DNA of 64,000 nt from an uncultured bacterium (lineage in GTDB: Bacteria > Verrucomicrobiota > Verrucomicrobiia > Limisphaerales > UBA8199): NCBI GenBank assembly GCA_963749495.1, contig CAVVMW010000028.1, forward strand, positions 1-64,000. The letters run 5' to 3'. Positions 9,119 to 18,647 of this stretch are shown piece by piece (within the stretch, counting starts at the first letter, position 1; each line of letters begins with the position of its first letter). The notes under the pieces were generated by a model that did not search any database, was not told the origin of the DNA, and saw nothing but the letters and a program-made list of their open reading frames with translations. The position numbers and the translations under genes are program-made.

Positions 9119-11299
9119 TCACCACCGCAGTTCCCAGGCCTGCGCCTGGCGCGGCGGGAACGTGGCGGGCTTTTCCGGCACGCCAAGTGCAGTCGTCACG
9201 GGCATCGAGGCGCCGGCGGTCATTTCGCAACGGACAGGTCCTGCGGGCAGGCCCCATCCTGCAGCAGGCCGGACCGATGCGGTGACGGGCGCGTCGCTGA
9301 CGTTGACAAAGAGGAGCAGCAGCCGGCCCTCGGCCGGCAGCCTCCAGGCGCCGGTCAGCACGGCATCGGTGGTGACCCACCATTCGCCAGACCATTGCCA
9401 GTCCGCCTTCACTTTGGGCACATCGCCCAGCAGCACGGGCGGGCGGGCCATTTCTCCGGCGAAGAAATAGCGGCTGAATTTGGAGCGCAATTGCACCAGT
9501 TGGCGGAAGAACGCGGCATTATCGGCCTGCTTGACCAGGCTGGGGTCGAGCCAGCCGAGTTGCTCGCCAAAGACCAGTTGCTGTCCGGCCTTCATGCGCA
9601 GGGCCAGGTCCCGGGTGGCGCCTCCGCGATAGGCGCGCCCGAACATCTGAATCGCGCCGCCATAGACGGCGGGAAACACGGGCACCTGGCCGTCATGCTG
9701 CCAATGCCAGGTCAGATAGCCGTCGAACCAGCGGATGAACGGCTCGCTGTTGCACTCGGTGGTCAGGATGGCTTCGCGGGGCTTGGCGCTGCGGATGGCG
9801 TCGAGCATTTTCCAATACCCTTCGGTCCACCAATGACCGCCCCCGAGGGGATGGCCGTGCGTGGGGTCCATGCAGAGCTTGGGCGCCGCCGCCGCCACCT
9901 GGTCGATATAGACGCCGCTGGTCTTGCACTCGCGCACCAACCGCCAGACGAGGTTGCTCACCGTGTTCTGCCAGAGCGGGCTGCTCGGGCACATCACCCC
10001 CAGACGCACCGGTTGGCCGTTGGTCTCTTTGCTGCCGTAGCTCTCCAGGCAGGGCGTGCCGTCGCTCTGCCTGGTGACTCCCGCCAGCGCCAGTTTGCTG
10101 AATTCGAAATCCTCCGTGCCACGGTCGTGTGAGTCCCAGAGCCGCCCGTTGATATAGGGCATGGGGAAAACGCCGGCCGCCTCCAGTTCCGCCACGCCCT
10201 GGGCGAAACCCTCCTTGGCGGGGAAATAATGCGGATAGTCGTTGTCGAACGGGATCTGATGCCAGTTGTACCAATGAAATCCCAGCGGCGCGCCCAGAAA
10301 GGCGCGGAACTCCTTCACGGCCGGAACGCACTCGCCCTGCGCTCCGCCGGTGAGCGTCCAGGCATTCAATTCGCGCATCCAGCGCGGCGTATCCGGGCGG
10401 CCGTCGCGGCCCAGGGGCGGCCACCACTTCGCCTCGCGTTGCGCCCAACTCCGATAGATCATCGCCGCATCGAACCAGTCGCCGCGCAGCAGCCCCCAGA
10501 CAGCTTCGCCTTCCAGAGCGAAGCTGTTTCCGGCCAAGCCCATGTTCGGGACCGGGTGCTCGAAGCTGAGCCGCAGGCTGCGCGTGGCGGGGTCGCTTTG
10601 CAGCACGAGGTCTTTGGTGCTGGCCCACGGATCGTGTGTGGCCAGGTAAAGCCCCCTCGGGTTATCGCCCCCGCCGTAAGCGGCCATGAACTGCATGGTA
10701 CACCCGCTGTCGGGGTAATTGCCGTGATAGTTGAAAGGGCGCTCCCAGACGCCGCGTTGCACCTCGCCCGGACCGCGCGGGAAGAGCATCGCCGGGTTGG
10801 CGCCCGGGCCAGCCAGCGCGAGTTGCGGAAACACGACGCGCCAGAGACTCCAGCGGGCGCTGCGGTTTTCAACGCGCAGCTTCCAGTGGAGGGCGCTCGC
10901 GCCGGCGTCGGCCGTGGCGACAGCCCGAACGGAGAGGCCGGCCAAAGCTTCGTCCATAGGCTCAGACCAGCGCAACTCCAGGCCCGTCGCTGCCTGCGTC
11001 ACGACACACTGGCGCCAGCCTTGGTCGGAGGCCAGGACGACCTCGCGGGCGGAGCCGCCCTGGCGGAGCGCCAGAGTGAACAGTGGCCTCGGCCCCGGGG
11101 CCAGTAGTTCCCGGGCCTGCTTCGAGTCCAGGAGGCTGTAAACCCAGACGCCCTGGACCGAGCGGCGGACCGTGAGTTGAAGGTCTCCAGCGCTGAGCTG
11201 AGTGAGTTGCTCGTCCGCGCCGAACGCGGCACGGCACGCCAGCCAAAGGACCAGCGGCGGGAGCAGCCTGGACACGACCCTGAATCGTCCGTGCTTCAT
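9119..11299 (-). CDS. Exported glycoside-hydrolase-like protein (DUF6259-like)
   Basis: Signal peptide; HWYNWHQIPFDNDYP, PYING, GVYIDQ, HGHPLGGG and TTECNSEP motifs. Confidence 0.7.
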   Translation of the reverse strand: MKHGRFRVVSRLLPPLVLWLACRAAFGADEQLTQLSAGDLQLTVRRSVQGVWVYSLLDSKQARELLAPGPRPLFTLALRQGGSAREVVLASDQGWRQCVVTQAATGLELRWSEPMDEALAGLSVRAVATADAGASALHWKLRVENRSARWSLWRVVFPQLALAGPGANPAMLFPRGPGEVQRGVWERPFNYHGNYPDSGCTMQFMAAYGGGDNPRGLYLATHDPWASTKDLVLQSDPATRSLRLSFEHPVPNMGLAGNSFALEGEAVWGLLRGDWFDAAMIYRSWAQREAKWWPPLGRDGRPDTPRWMRELNAWTLTGGAQGECVPAVKEFRAFLGAPLGFHWYNWHQIPFDNDYPHYFPAKEGFAQGVAELEAAGVFPMPYINGRLWDSHDRGTEDFEFSKLALAGVTRQSDGTPCLESYGSKETNGQPVRLGVMCPSSPLWQNTVSNLVWRLVRECKTSGVYIDQVAAAAPKLCMDPTHGHPLGGGHWWTEGYWKMLDAIRSAKPREAILTTECNSEPFIRWFDGYLTWHWQHDGQVPVFPAVYGGAIQMFGRAYRGGATRDLALRMKAGQQLVFGEQLGWLDPSLVKQADNAAFFRQLVQLRSKFSRYFFAGEMARPPVLLGDVPKVKADWQWSGEWWVTTDAVLTGAWRLPAEGRLLLLFVNVSDAPVTASVRPAAGWGLPAGPVRCEMTAGASMPVTTALGVPEKPATFPPRQAQAWELRW

Positions 11300-11487
11300 A
11301 GCCTGAAGGCGGGATGGTGCGCCCGATCGATCTGGCTGTCGATGCTTTTTGGCGACGGGCCTTCTGCCCCTTTTAGCCTTGAGGGGCTTGTGAGATCGGC
11401 GTATCTTGCCGTCGCTATGAAACCCTCTGCAAATCTCCAAGAAAACGATTGATAATATCCACGGGCCAGAATACTCTCCCCGTCCGA

Positions 11488-11877
11488 GTGACAACATCGG
11501 AGAAAACGGCGCGGCGGATTCTCGTCGTAGATGACGATGTGGGCGTCCGCGAATCGATCAGGCAGATTCTAGCTCTGGACCGGCATGAAGTAGAAACTGC
11601 TGCCAGCAGCCAGGACGCTTTGCTCTCCTTCCAGACGGGCAAGTTCGACCTGGTCATCATCGATTACGAGATGCCTGTGATGAAAGGCGACAAACTCGCT
11701 GCCGCCATGAAGGCCCTGGCCCCGCAGCAGCCGATCCTCATGATAACAGGCTACAGCGAGGCGTTACGGCTGGAGGGCAGTTTTCCGCTCCCAGTGGACT
11801 TGGAGATTGGCAAACCGTTCGCGGTTCAGGAATTTCGTGAAGCCGTTCGCCAACTCGCTCAACCAAGACATGGCTGA
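11488..11877 (+). CDS. Single-domain response regulator
   Basis: ILVVDDD, DLVIIDYEMPVMKG, ITG and KPF motifs. Confidence 0.9.
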   Translation: MTTSEKTARRILVVDDDVGVRESIRQILALDRHEVETAASSQDALLSFQTGKFDLVIIDYEMPVMKGDKLAAAMKALAPQQPILMITGYSEALRLEGSFPLPVDLEIGKPFAVQEFREAVRQLAQPRHG

Positions 11878-12319
11878 GGTCTTCCTGATGATGAAACCGC
11901 GCAAACGAAGGTCATGGGAGGAAACCGCGCTTATCCTTGCGGAAACCATTGCCGAATGCCGGTCCCAAGACCCCTACGTGCAGGTGGGTGCCTGCGCTGT
12001 TCTGCGGGACAACTCCGTCAGCCTCGGATACAACGGCCCCCCTCCGGGCGTCGAGATTGACTGGTCGCAAAGAGATGACCGGGGCGCAAGGATAATTCAC
12101 GCCGAGGTCAATGCGTTGCGTTCGGTCGGCCCCGGACAGTGCAGGTTTCTGGCCGTGACGTTGCTTCCATGCCGGCATTGCATGACGTTCATCGCCTCCA
12201 AGGCAGTCAAGAAGATTGTCTATCGAGAGGTTTACGAGCGGGACACGCTGGCGCTTGAACTGGCAAAAGAGTTTGGAATTGAACTCGTGCAAATGCGTCG
12301 AAAGCACGTGCCGAAGTGA
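11870..12319 (+). CDS. dCMP deaminase family protein
   Basis: RSQDP..QVGA, GYNG, HAEVNAL and PCRHC motifs. Confidence 0.9.
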   Translation: MAEVFLMMKPRKRRSWEETALILAETIAECRSQDPYVQVGACAVLRDNSVSLGYNGPPPGVEIDWSQRDDRGARIIHAEVNALRSVGPGQCRFLAVTLLPCRHCMTFIASKAVKKIVYREVYERDTLALELAKEFGIELVQMRRKHVPK

Positions 12320-12474
12320 TGATGACGGACCTCCGAGGGCGAAACCGAAGTGACGCTGGACACCGTGACGCTGACCAACTCGCCGCAACTTTATTTCGAT
12401 GTCACCGCCTTTCGGCACGCTCCCCGGCTCTATCGCCTGGTGTGGTCGCCGTGACGCCCTGCCTGGATTTGTTT

Positions 12475-12650
12475 GGCAGAACGGATACAGCACGGCGGCC
12501 TCGCGCCCGATCCCCTTTTTCACGGCGACGGTGATGCAGCCTTCACCGAAGAATTGTCGTGCCTCCCGGCAGGTCGCCTCATCGCCGGTCACCATGATCG
12601 GCGGCACGCCGTAATGGCCGGCAATCGCAGCGACCTGGGCCAACTCCCCT
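12475..12650 (-). pseudogene. Internal fragment of an M55 (DppA-like) D-aminopeptidase
   Basis: AAIAGHYGVPPIMVTGDEATCREA...VAVKKGIGREAA; no N- or C-terminus. Confidence 0.7.
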
Positions 12651-12653
12651 GAT

Positions 12654-13227
12654 TCAACCCCGTTTTATTTCCGGGTCCTTGTGCCGTGGATTGAGTTTTG
12701 ATGCCAGCCAGGCCAGCGCGATTCCCGCCACCAGCCCCGAAATATGGCCCTCCCAGGAAACGGCTGTCGAGGTGGGCAGGATGCCTTTGAGCATCCCTCC
12801 GTAACCGAGAATGCAGACCGCCGACAAAACCAACGTGCCGAACGTGCGCCGGAAACAGGCCAGCGAAGCGAGATAGCCGAAAAAGCAGAATATCAGGCCG
12901 CTGGCTCCGATGTGGCAGGCGTTCCGGGCCAAGAGCCAGGTCAACCCGCCGCTCAGCAGGCTGCCTGCTAGGGCGATCGCCGCGAATTCAGCGTTGCTTC
13001 GAGCGCAAATAATGCCGCCCAGGATGAGCAGGGGCACGGTATTGGCGGCCAAGTGCTTGAAAGAGCCGTGCAACAGCGGTGCCCAGAGGATCGCAGGCAG
13101 GCTCCCGAGGTGCCGGGGTATGATGCCGGTACTGGTTGAGGTGCCCAGTCCAGAGCAGATTATTGACCACGAAGACCAGCCAGCAGAGGGCAACGAGCGT
13201 CACTATTGGTGTGAATCGTTTGAGCAT
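12654..13227 (-). CDS. Rhomboid family intramembrane serine protease (frameshift near 13128)
   Basis: GIIPR, PLLHGSFKHLAAN, HIGASG and SWEGHISG motifs. Confidence 0.85.
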
Positions 13228-13253
13228 GATTTGCAGCACATCCAGGCGGTTTC

Positions 13254-13478
13254 TCAGATTCGTTCAAACCCTTGGCGTGAACGTATTCGATGCCGTCGAG
13301 CGTGGTCGTCTTCGGTTGCACGCCGTAACCAACCATGAACCCAGGCGACAGCGCAATGGCCAAGCTCGTGGGCGAAGGCCGACACCAGGATGGCGCCGGC
13401 GAAGAAAAGCCAGGGGTTTGCGCCCGCGAGCAGAAACCCAAGCCGGAGCCGCTTCTGTGTTGTCGCGCTCAAATCCAT
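13254..13478 (-). pseudogene. Short HEXXH membrane-metalloprotease-like fragment
   Basis: Hydrophobic segment followed by AHELGHC; too short for a full protease. Confidence 0.4.
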
Positions 13479-13752
13479 TGCCGGAGCGAGCATAGGGGTT
13501 CCCAGGGCCTTTGGCGAGCAAACTGTCTTGGCCGGAAGTGCGTCAAAATGCGCCGGGCGCGGCGGCAGCTCGCAGGGATGTTCGCGAGATGCTTGCCCTC
13601 GACGTTATGGGTCTTGACGCCGCAGTGCCCGGTCGAAACCGGAGCCTGCTCATTTGATGACATTGAGGCCGCAGGTTTGTCGGGCGCCCGAGAGGATCTT
13701 CGGCCCTGAACCCGCCCCCCCCAAACGCATACCCATATATTGTGGAATATGG

Positions 13753-13782
13753 TTGACAACAGGCCATATAAAGTGTACGAAT
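13753..13782 (+). promoter_or_regulatory. Sigma70-like promoter
   Basis: TTGACA-17 nt-TACGAA in an AT-rich stretch. Confidence 0.4.
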
Positions 13783-13854
13783 GGACCATGCTTTCGATGG
13801 TGAAAACCTTTTTCGTCAGACTCGGGCCAGCGCAGATCCCAAGAAAGACTCGAT

Positions 13855-14076
13855 ATGAAAAAACTTCACTTGCGCGCTACATCAACCGCCACCCCAAAAC
13901 TGGTGCATGACATCACCCTGACTCATGAGGAGCAGGACCAACTGAAGAATGGTTCGCTTAGCCTTTCCCCTGAGAGAATCAGGGCCGGAGCCACCACCAA
14001 AACAGAGCTAATGAACGAGATTCTCCAGCGGGACACAGGATTTGGTTCTTTTCGTCACTGGGGAATAAACGAGTAA
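13855..14076 (+). CDS. Hypothetical protein, possibly truncated
   Basis: 73-aa ORF of low GC downstream of a promoter-like sequence. Confidence 0.35.
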   Translation: MKKLHLRATSTATPKLVHDITLTHEEQDQLKNGSLSLSPERIRAGATTKTELMNEILQRDTGFGSFRHWGINE

Positions 14077-14081
14077 CGCAC

Positions 14082-14129
14082 TCATTGAGCGGCATTGATC
14101 GCCGCCGATGTGTCCGAATACGTCCTCAC
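14082..14129 (-). pseudogene. Truncated VapC/PIN toxin N-terminus
   Basis: GTGA-coupled to the AbrB-like gene; reads MRTYSDTSAAINAAQ*. Confidence 0.55.
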
Positions 14130-14383
14130 GAGCGGCTTTCCCGCTCCTCGGCCACCGCCTTGCCGATGGCCTCGGGATCGAGCGTGTATCCGCTGGGGAT
14201 CTCGAAGACCAGGCAGCCGTCCTTCTTTACGAGCTTGGCGACGAGCCGCTTGGGCTCGGGCTTCGGAGCGACGGGCACCAGTTTTATGGTCCCGTCCGAA
14301 TTCGGCTCGTACGCAAAAACCTGCCCTGCCTTCGCCTGGGGAAGCCGAATCCGCTGCCGATCGTCCACGGTTAATGTCTTCAT
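14126..14383 (-). CDS. AbrB/VapB-like antitoxin
   Basis: 85 aa, MKTLTVDDRQRIRLP...GQVFAYE...DGTIKLVPV. Confidence 0.7.
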   Translation of the reverse strand: MKTLTVDDRQRIRLPQAKAGQVFAYEPNSDGTIKLVPVAPKPEPKRLVAKLVKKDGCLVFEIPSGYTLDPEAIGKAVAEERESRS

Positions 14384-14453
14384 GTGGGGAAATTCCCCCC
14401 GGAGACGGCCAGATTCAAGTTTTTTCGTTGCGAGGTGATTGGAGGAAGACTCG

Positions 14454-15869
14454 ATGGACGCGGACTTGCCATCGTCGGGGCTGCCGGAAAGCAGAGGGGG
14501 TCCAGAGGCGGCCACAATAGGCAATGCGGAAAGGGCGGCGGCGGGGCGGCGCGAAGCGCCGCCCGCCGACGCCCTTCCTTGTCTATATTGTGACAACTCA
14601 ACCGGGGGCGGGTCGCCTGGGGACATCAACCGGTTGACCGGGGCGCATAAGAAATCGGCGGAGGTTCTGCGCCTGGAGGCTCGGGCGCTGGCGGAAGCTG
14701 TGGGGCTGGAAAGGCTGGCCTTTCTGACGCTGACTTTTGCCGATGCCGTCGCAAGCCGCAAGGTCGCGGAAAAGCGTTTCAATAGTTTGGCGACCCATGT
14801 TATCCGGCGTCGCTACGGACGCTCAATCGTGGTCACGGAGCGCCAGAAGTCGGGGCGCCTCCATTACCATCTGCTGGTCGAGGTCCCGGTGGACATTCGG
14901 ACACGGTTCGACTTCGCGGCGGTGAAGCGGCGGGATTACCGGAGCGCCTGCCCGTGGCTGCGGGCGGAGTGGAAGTTCTGGCGCAAGACGGGGCCGCGCT
15001 ACGGCTTCGGGCGGTGCGAGATGATGCCGATTCGTTCCAACAAAGAGGGTATCTCTCGTTACCTGGCGAAATACATCGCGAAACACATTCACGGGCGGGC
15101 TGAGGAGGACAAGGCGGCGCGGTTGGTGCGCTATCTGAATTTCAAGCCGGGGTGCCGGGTGGCTTCAACCCGGTTCAGCCGGGTGAACGATTACTCCTTC
15201 GTCTGGCGCCACAAGGTGGCTGCGTTCGCTGGGCGGCTCGAGATTGCGAGTGTCGAGGAACTGTCCGAAAAGCTCGGTCCGCGTTGGGCACGCAATCATT
15301 TCACGGAGATTCTGTCGGAGTGGGTGCCATACGAGCAAATCGTCTTTCCGTCGTTGGAGGCGGCTGAAACAAGTTTGCTTCTGGAGCACATTGGCGCTAC
15401 GGCCAGGATGCACGCGCAGAAACTCCTGGAGGCTCGCTCGCCTCGGCGCGCGAGGGAATATCAGCTTGACCCCGACAAGACATTCATGCCGCGCTCGGAG
15501 GTCTCCGCCCGGTTGGGGCGGGCCGCGTCGCTTGGGCTCTCGGCGGACAGGGTGGAGGGGCGTGAGCAGGTTTCGGAGGGAGAAAGGGCGAGGCGGCGGG
15601 CGGTGCTTGAGGCGAGCACGGCGCGGTTTCAGGCAGGGCTTTCGCGCACTCCTGAGGCCGGTGAACCTGCTGCCGGGGTCGAGGTCGGTTTACACCGTCG
15701 TAACGACGAAGAGAGCGGCTTGAAGGATTGTCTCATCTGGACTTCCGCCGGCTGCTGGCTGCAATCGTCCGAGTCTGGCCGGTGGGCCTGGGACTACCTG
15801 GGCGACATCGGCCCAAAACGCGGCGTGTACTTTTTCTGCAAGGCCATCAAGCTCGACTTTGCTGAATAG
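14454..15869 (+). CDS. HUH-superfamily rolling-circle replication initiator
   Basis: Motif I FLTLTF, motif II ERQKSGRLHYHLLV, motif III YLAKYIAK; start uncertain. Confidence 0.85.
   Translation: MDADLPSSGLPESRGGPEAATIGNAERAAAGRREAPPADALPCLYCDNSTGGGSPGDINRLTGAHKKSAEVLRLEARALAEAVGLERLAFLTLTFADAVASRKVAEKRFNSLATHVIRRRYGRSIVVTERQKSGRLHYHLLVEVPVDIRTRFDFAAVKRRDYRSACPWLRAEWKFWRKTGPRYGFGRCEMMPIRSNKEGISRYLAKYIAKHIHGRAEEDKAARLVRYLNFKPGCRVASTRFSRVNDYSFVWRHKVAAFAGRLEIASVEELSEKLGPRWARNHFTEILSEWVPYEQIVFPSLEAAETSLLLEHIGATARMHAQKLLEARSPRRAREYQLDPDKTFMPRSEVSARLGRAASLGLSADRVEGREQVSEGERARRRAVLEASTARFQAGLSRTPEAGEPAAGVEVGLHRRNDEESGLKDCLIWTSAGCWLQSSESGRWAWDYLGDIGPKRGVYFFCKAIKLDFAE
14531..14597. promoter_or_regulatory. 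Candidate double-strand origin (hairpin plus nick-site-like tract)
   Basis: Long GC hairpin capped by GCGAAGC, followed by CTTGTCTATATTGTGACAAC. Confidence 0.4.
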
Positions 15870-16262
15870 AAACTCTGCAAGAGAGGCGTGGCCAGGTGCT
15901 TGCGCCGTTCCAAACGGCGCTCGGTCCGCGCCGTCTCTTTATGGCCTGTCCGGCCCGAGGATTAGGGGCAACTGATTTTGCCGCGCGGTCGCCTGCGGCT
16001 GGGCTTTTGCGAGTCGAGGCAGCGTGACGGCTGCAACGGTCGCGTGCAACCATCGAAGCGCGCCACCTCCAGAGCCAATTACCGCGAGGTCTGAGCGCGT
16101 CCTGGCGCGACAGCGCGGTGCGTCCGGCGGTCTTGCAAAGCATGCCTTGCCGCGGCCACCGGTCGGCACTGGGACTTCGATAAAAGTACTAAAGGTTTGA
16201 TTTTGGGGCTTGGCGGGGACATCTTTCAAGTTGTATATTAATTAATTAGGCCAGATTACACT

Positions 16263-16571
16263 ATGAAACTTGTAGAACAGCTTGAACACATAATCGGGCT
16301 TCTTGAGAAACCCGCGACGGTTCCAGAAATAAAGTCTGCGCTCTTGGCCGCACATCAAGAGGCGGAAGGACACGATCATTCGGCGGAAGAACATGTGAAA
16401 GAAGTAGCAGGACTGCACGCTCAAATAGCCAAACTTGAGGCGGAGAAAGCCAAACTTGAGGCGGAGAATGCGCAGCTTCAGCCACCGCCTGATTGGCTCG
16501 AACAAGAGGTGAAAAAAGAGCGTGAGTTTCGAAGGAAGAACGAGCTCAACTATGATGTCGGCTGTGTGTGA
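16263..16571 (+). CDS. Hypothetical coiled-coil protein
   Basis: 102 aa; tandem AKLEAE(K/N) repeat; low GC. Confidence 0.6.
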   Translation: MKLVEQLEHIIGLLEKPATVPEIKSALLAAHQEAEGHDHSAEEHVKEVAGLHAQIAKLEAEKAKLEAENAQLQPPPDWLEQEVKKEREFRRKNELNYDVGCV

Positions 16572-16682
16572 GCAAAGTTCGAGAGAGTAAAATCGGCGGC
16601 CTGTTGATCGTGAACGAGTGAGTCGCCTTGGCGCGAAATGTGTCCCAGTGGTTTGGGATTTTGTCGTTAGGCTTCTAGAAAC

Positions 16683-17348
16683 ATGAGCGCACCAACACCA
16701 CTGCTTGCGTACTTAGCACACCAAATCATCAGGCCCGTGACCAAAAAGGGTCTGTTTTCGGATGAGTACGTCCTTTTCGGGCACTATATGCCATGCGCTG
16801 GCTTCCTGTACGAGACCGGGGCCATACTTGGATACACATTTCGGGACAGGTTGCCGTCGTTCGTGGGGCTTTTCACCGAATCTGGCCATGAGGCTGATGC
16901 AGTGGCTCACATCGGCGATCCCGCGGCACGGCGTCTGGCCGGGTTGGGAGAGGAGCCCAAGGATTTTACCGATTTGTTTTGGAAACCAGAGGCCGAGAGA
17001 CTTATGAAGATCATGCGTGACCAGGGGTTGACCAAGTGTTGCGGTTGGTCAGATTTTCCAGCCGTAGCCAAGCAGAAGATGCGGTTGGCTGACATTTTTT
17101 CAAATCTGCAGGTTGCTGCGTGGGAAGGAATCGGGTTCGGCAGCCGTTATCCCGAACTTACCCAAAAACTGTTTGCACATGCTGAGGACGTTGAGGTTTG
17201 GAAGGAAGCCCGGGCAGCCGGTTTGGACATACCGGCCGCTCCACCGAGGCGAAAGGCGATTTGGGAGCGTGAGGGTGAGGCGAGGGCGATGATTAGACCG
17301 TATATTGAGAAGGTCCGCCCCGACTTGCTCTTAAACTTAGGGTTGTAA
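16683..17348 (+). CDS. Hypothetical protein
   Basis: 221-aa ORF with protein-like composition; no recognised motif. Confidence 0.65.
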   Translation: MSAPTPLLAYLAHQIIRPVTKKGLFSDEYVLFGHYMPCAGFLYETGAILGYTFRDRLPSFVGLFTESGHEADAVAHIGDPAARRLAGLGEEPKDFTDLFWKPEAERLMKIMRDQGLTKCCGWSDFPAVAKQKMRLADIFSNLQVAAWEGIGFGSRYPELTQKLFAHAEDVEVWKEARAAGLDIPAAPPRRKAIWEREGEARAMIRPYIEKVRPDLLLNLGL

Positions 17349-17578
17349 AAACTGAGGAAACGGCGAAGCCCTTTCTGGTGGTGGCGGCATTGGCCCCAGT
17401 GTTGCGAGGGCAGCAGGGGCGCAATGCTGGGGCCAATGCCGACACGACCAGGCACTTGTCGGGGCGGAGCGTTCGCGTGTTGGCATTCGGCTTGCCCCTC
17501 CTGTTTCCAGCAAGCCGGATGCCAACACGGGAACGCGGAGCGGGGAGTGCCGTAGAAAAGCGGCCCCCAAAAAGGGGA

Positions 17579-17607
17579 TTGACAGATTCAGGCGGATTGA
17601 ATATTCT
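17579..17607 (+). promoter_or_regulatory. Sigma70-like promoter
   Basis: TTGACA-17 nt-TATTCT upstream of ATG 17637. Confidence 0.6.
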
Positions 17608-17636
17608 AGGCTGTTGAACACTCAAAATACTTGAAT

Positions 17637-18056
17637 ATGGGCAAAATCCAACGGCAAGACGAAACAGAACGAGAAAGATTTTGGTGCGGCGAATGCGGGC
17701 GGGCGAGTTTTCCGCAAGAGAGCAGCGCGCCTGACAACCCGATTTGCCCCGGCTGCGGCAGTGAGATGAAGGAGTTGCGAAAGTTGAGCAGGACGGAAAG
17801 GAGTTTGCTCGCTTTTCAGGACTGGATGGAGGAGGTCCATAAAAAAGGGTTGTGGGGGCCGTCTCCTGGTGGGGCGGTGGCCGAGTTGGGTTGTGACCGG
17901 AGCATGATTGATAAGCTGGTTGACCGCAGGATTCTGGAAAAAAGCGTGTATGACCGGGAGGGGCATTTTGTGGTCCTGATCGCGGAACGTTCCATCAAGA
18001 AGGCCAGGGAGAACAAGGCGAAGCGGGGGAAATGGACGGATTCGGGGGAGGATTGA
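17637..18056 (+). CDS. Zn-ribbon plus HTH-like small protein
   Basis: CGEC...CPGC, then SPGGAVAELGCDRSMIDKLV. Confidence 0.65.
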   Translation: MGKIQRQDETERERFWCGECGRASFPQESSAPDNPICPGCGSEMKELRKLSRTERSLLAFQDWMEEVHKKGLWGPSPGGAVAELGCDRSMIDKLVDRRILEKSVYDREGHFVVLIAERSIKKARENKAKRGKWTDSGED

Positions 18057-18126
18057 TGGAAACGGCAGGCACAGCGAATTCGGATTGCAACCTGGTGCGG
18101 CTGAGGGCGGCGGCGGTGATTCACGG

Positions 18127-18339
18127 TCAATCCAAGCCCGCCTCTTTTTTCACTTGCGCCCAGGGGATGCGCGGCTTTTTGCCGTGCGCGCTCTTGGCCC
18201 GTTCAATGGTCCGGGCGTCTTCAATATCTTCGACCGTTTGACGCATCCTGCGCAGAAGGGACTTGGCCTCAATCAATTGCGTGTCCAATTGAGCCCAAGC
18301 TGCCCGCGATTTGTTTGGCACTGCGACCATGTTACTCAT
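18127..18339 (-). CDS. Antitoxin, partner of the RelE-like toxin
   Basis: EDIEDARTIERAK...IPWAQVKKEAGL; overlaps the toxin stop. Confidence 0.75.
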   Translation of the reverse strand: MSNMVAVPNKSRAAWAQLDTQLIEAKSLLRRMRQTVEDIEDARTIERAKSAHGKKPRIPWAQVKKEAGLD

Positions 18340-18580
18340 AGACGTCTTTGCGGTCACCGACATCATAAACGACAATTGTCCCGCCCTCCAATTCAAAAAG
18401 GACGCGGTAATTTCCTGCACGCAGCCGGTATTTGTTCTTGAAACCCTTGAGCTTCTTGACATCGGCGGTCAGGTCGTTTTGAAGCCGGTCAAGTTTCCCG
18501 CCGATCAGGCGCCGAATCTCCTTGGGCAGCGCCCGGAGTTGGGCGAGCGGCACCGGCAGGAATTCGATCTGATAACGCAT
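18332..18580 (-). CDS. relE: RelE/ParE family toxin
   Basis: YQIEF...LRALPK...KKLKG...YRLRAGNYRVLF...VGDRKDVY. Confidence 0.88.
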   Translation of the reverse strand: MRYQIEFLPVPLAQLRALPKEIRRLIGGKLDRLQNDLTADVKKLKGFKNKYRLRAGNYRVLFELEGGTIVVYDVGDRKDVYE

Positions 18581-18647
18581 GGCCAAAACTACTTCGCCTC
18601 TTCGAGAAAAGGAAAGGCGAATCGGAAACCTCGCCGAAGATCATCGC

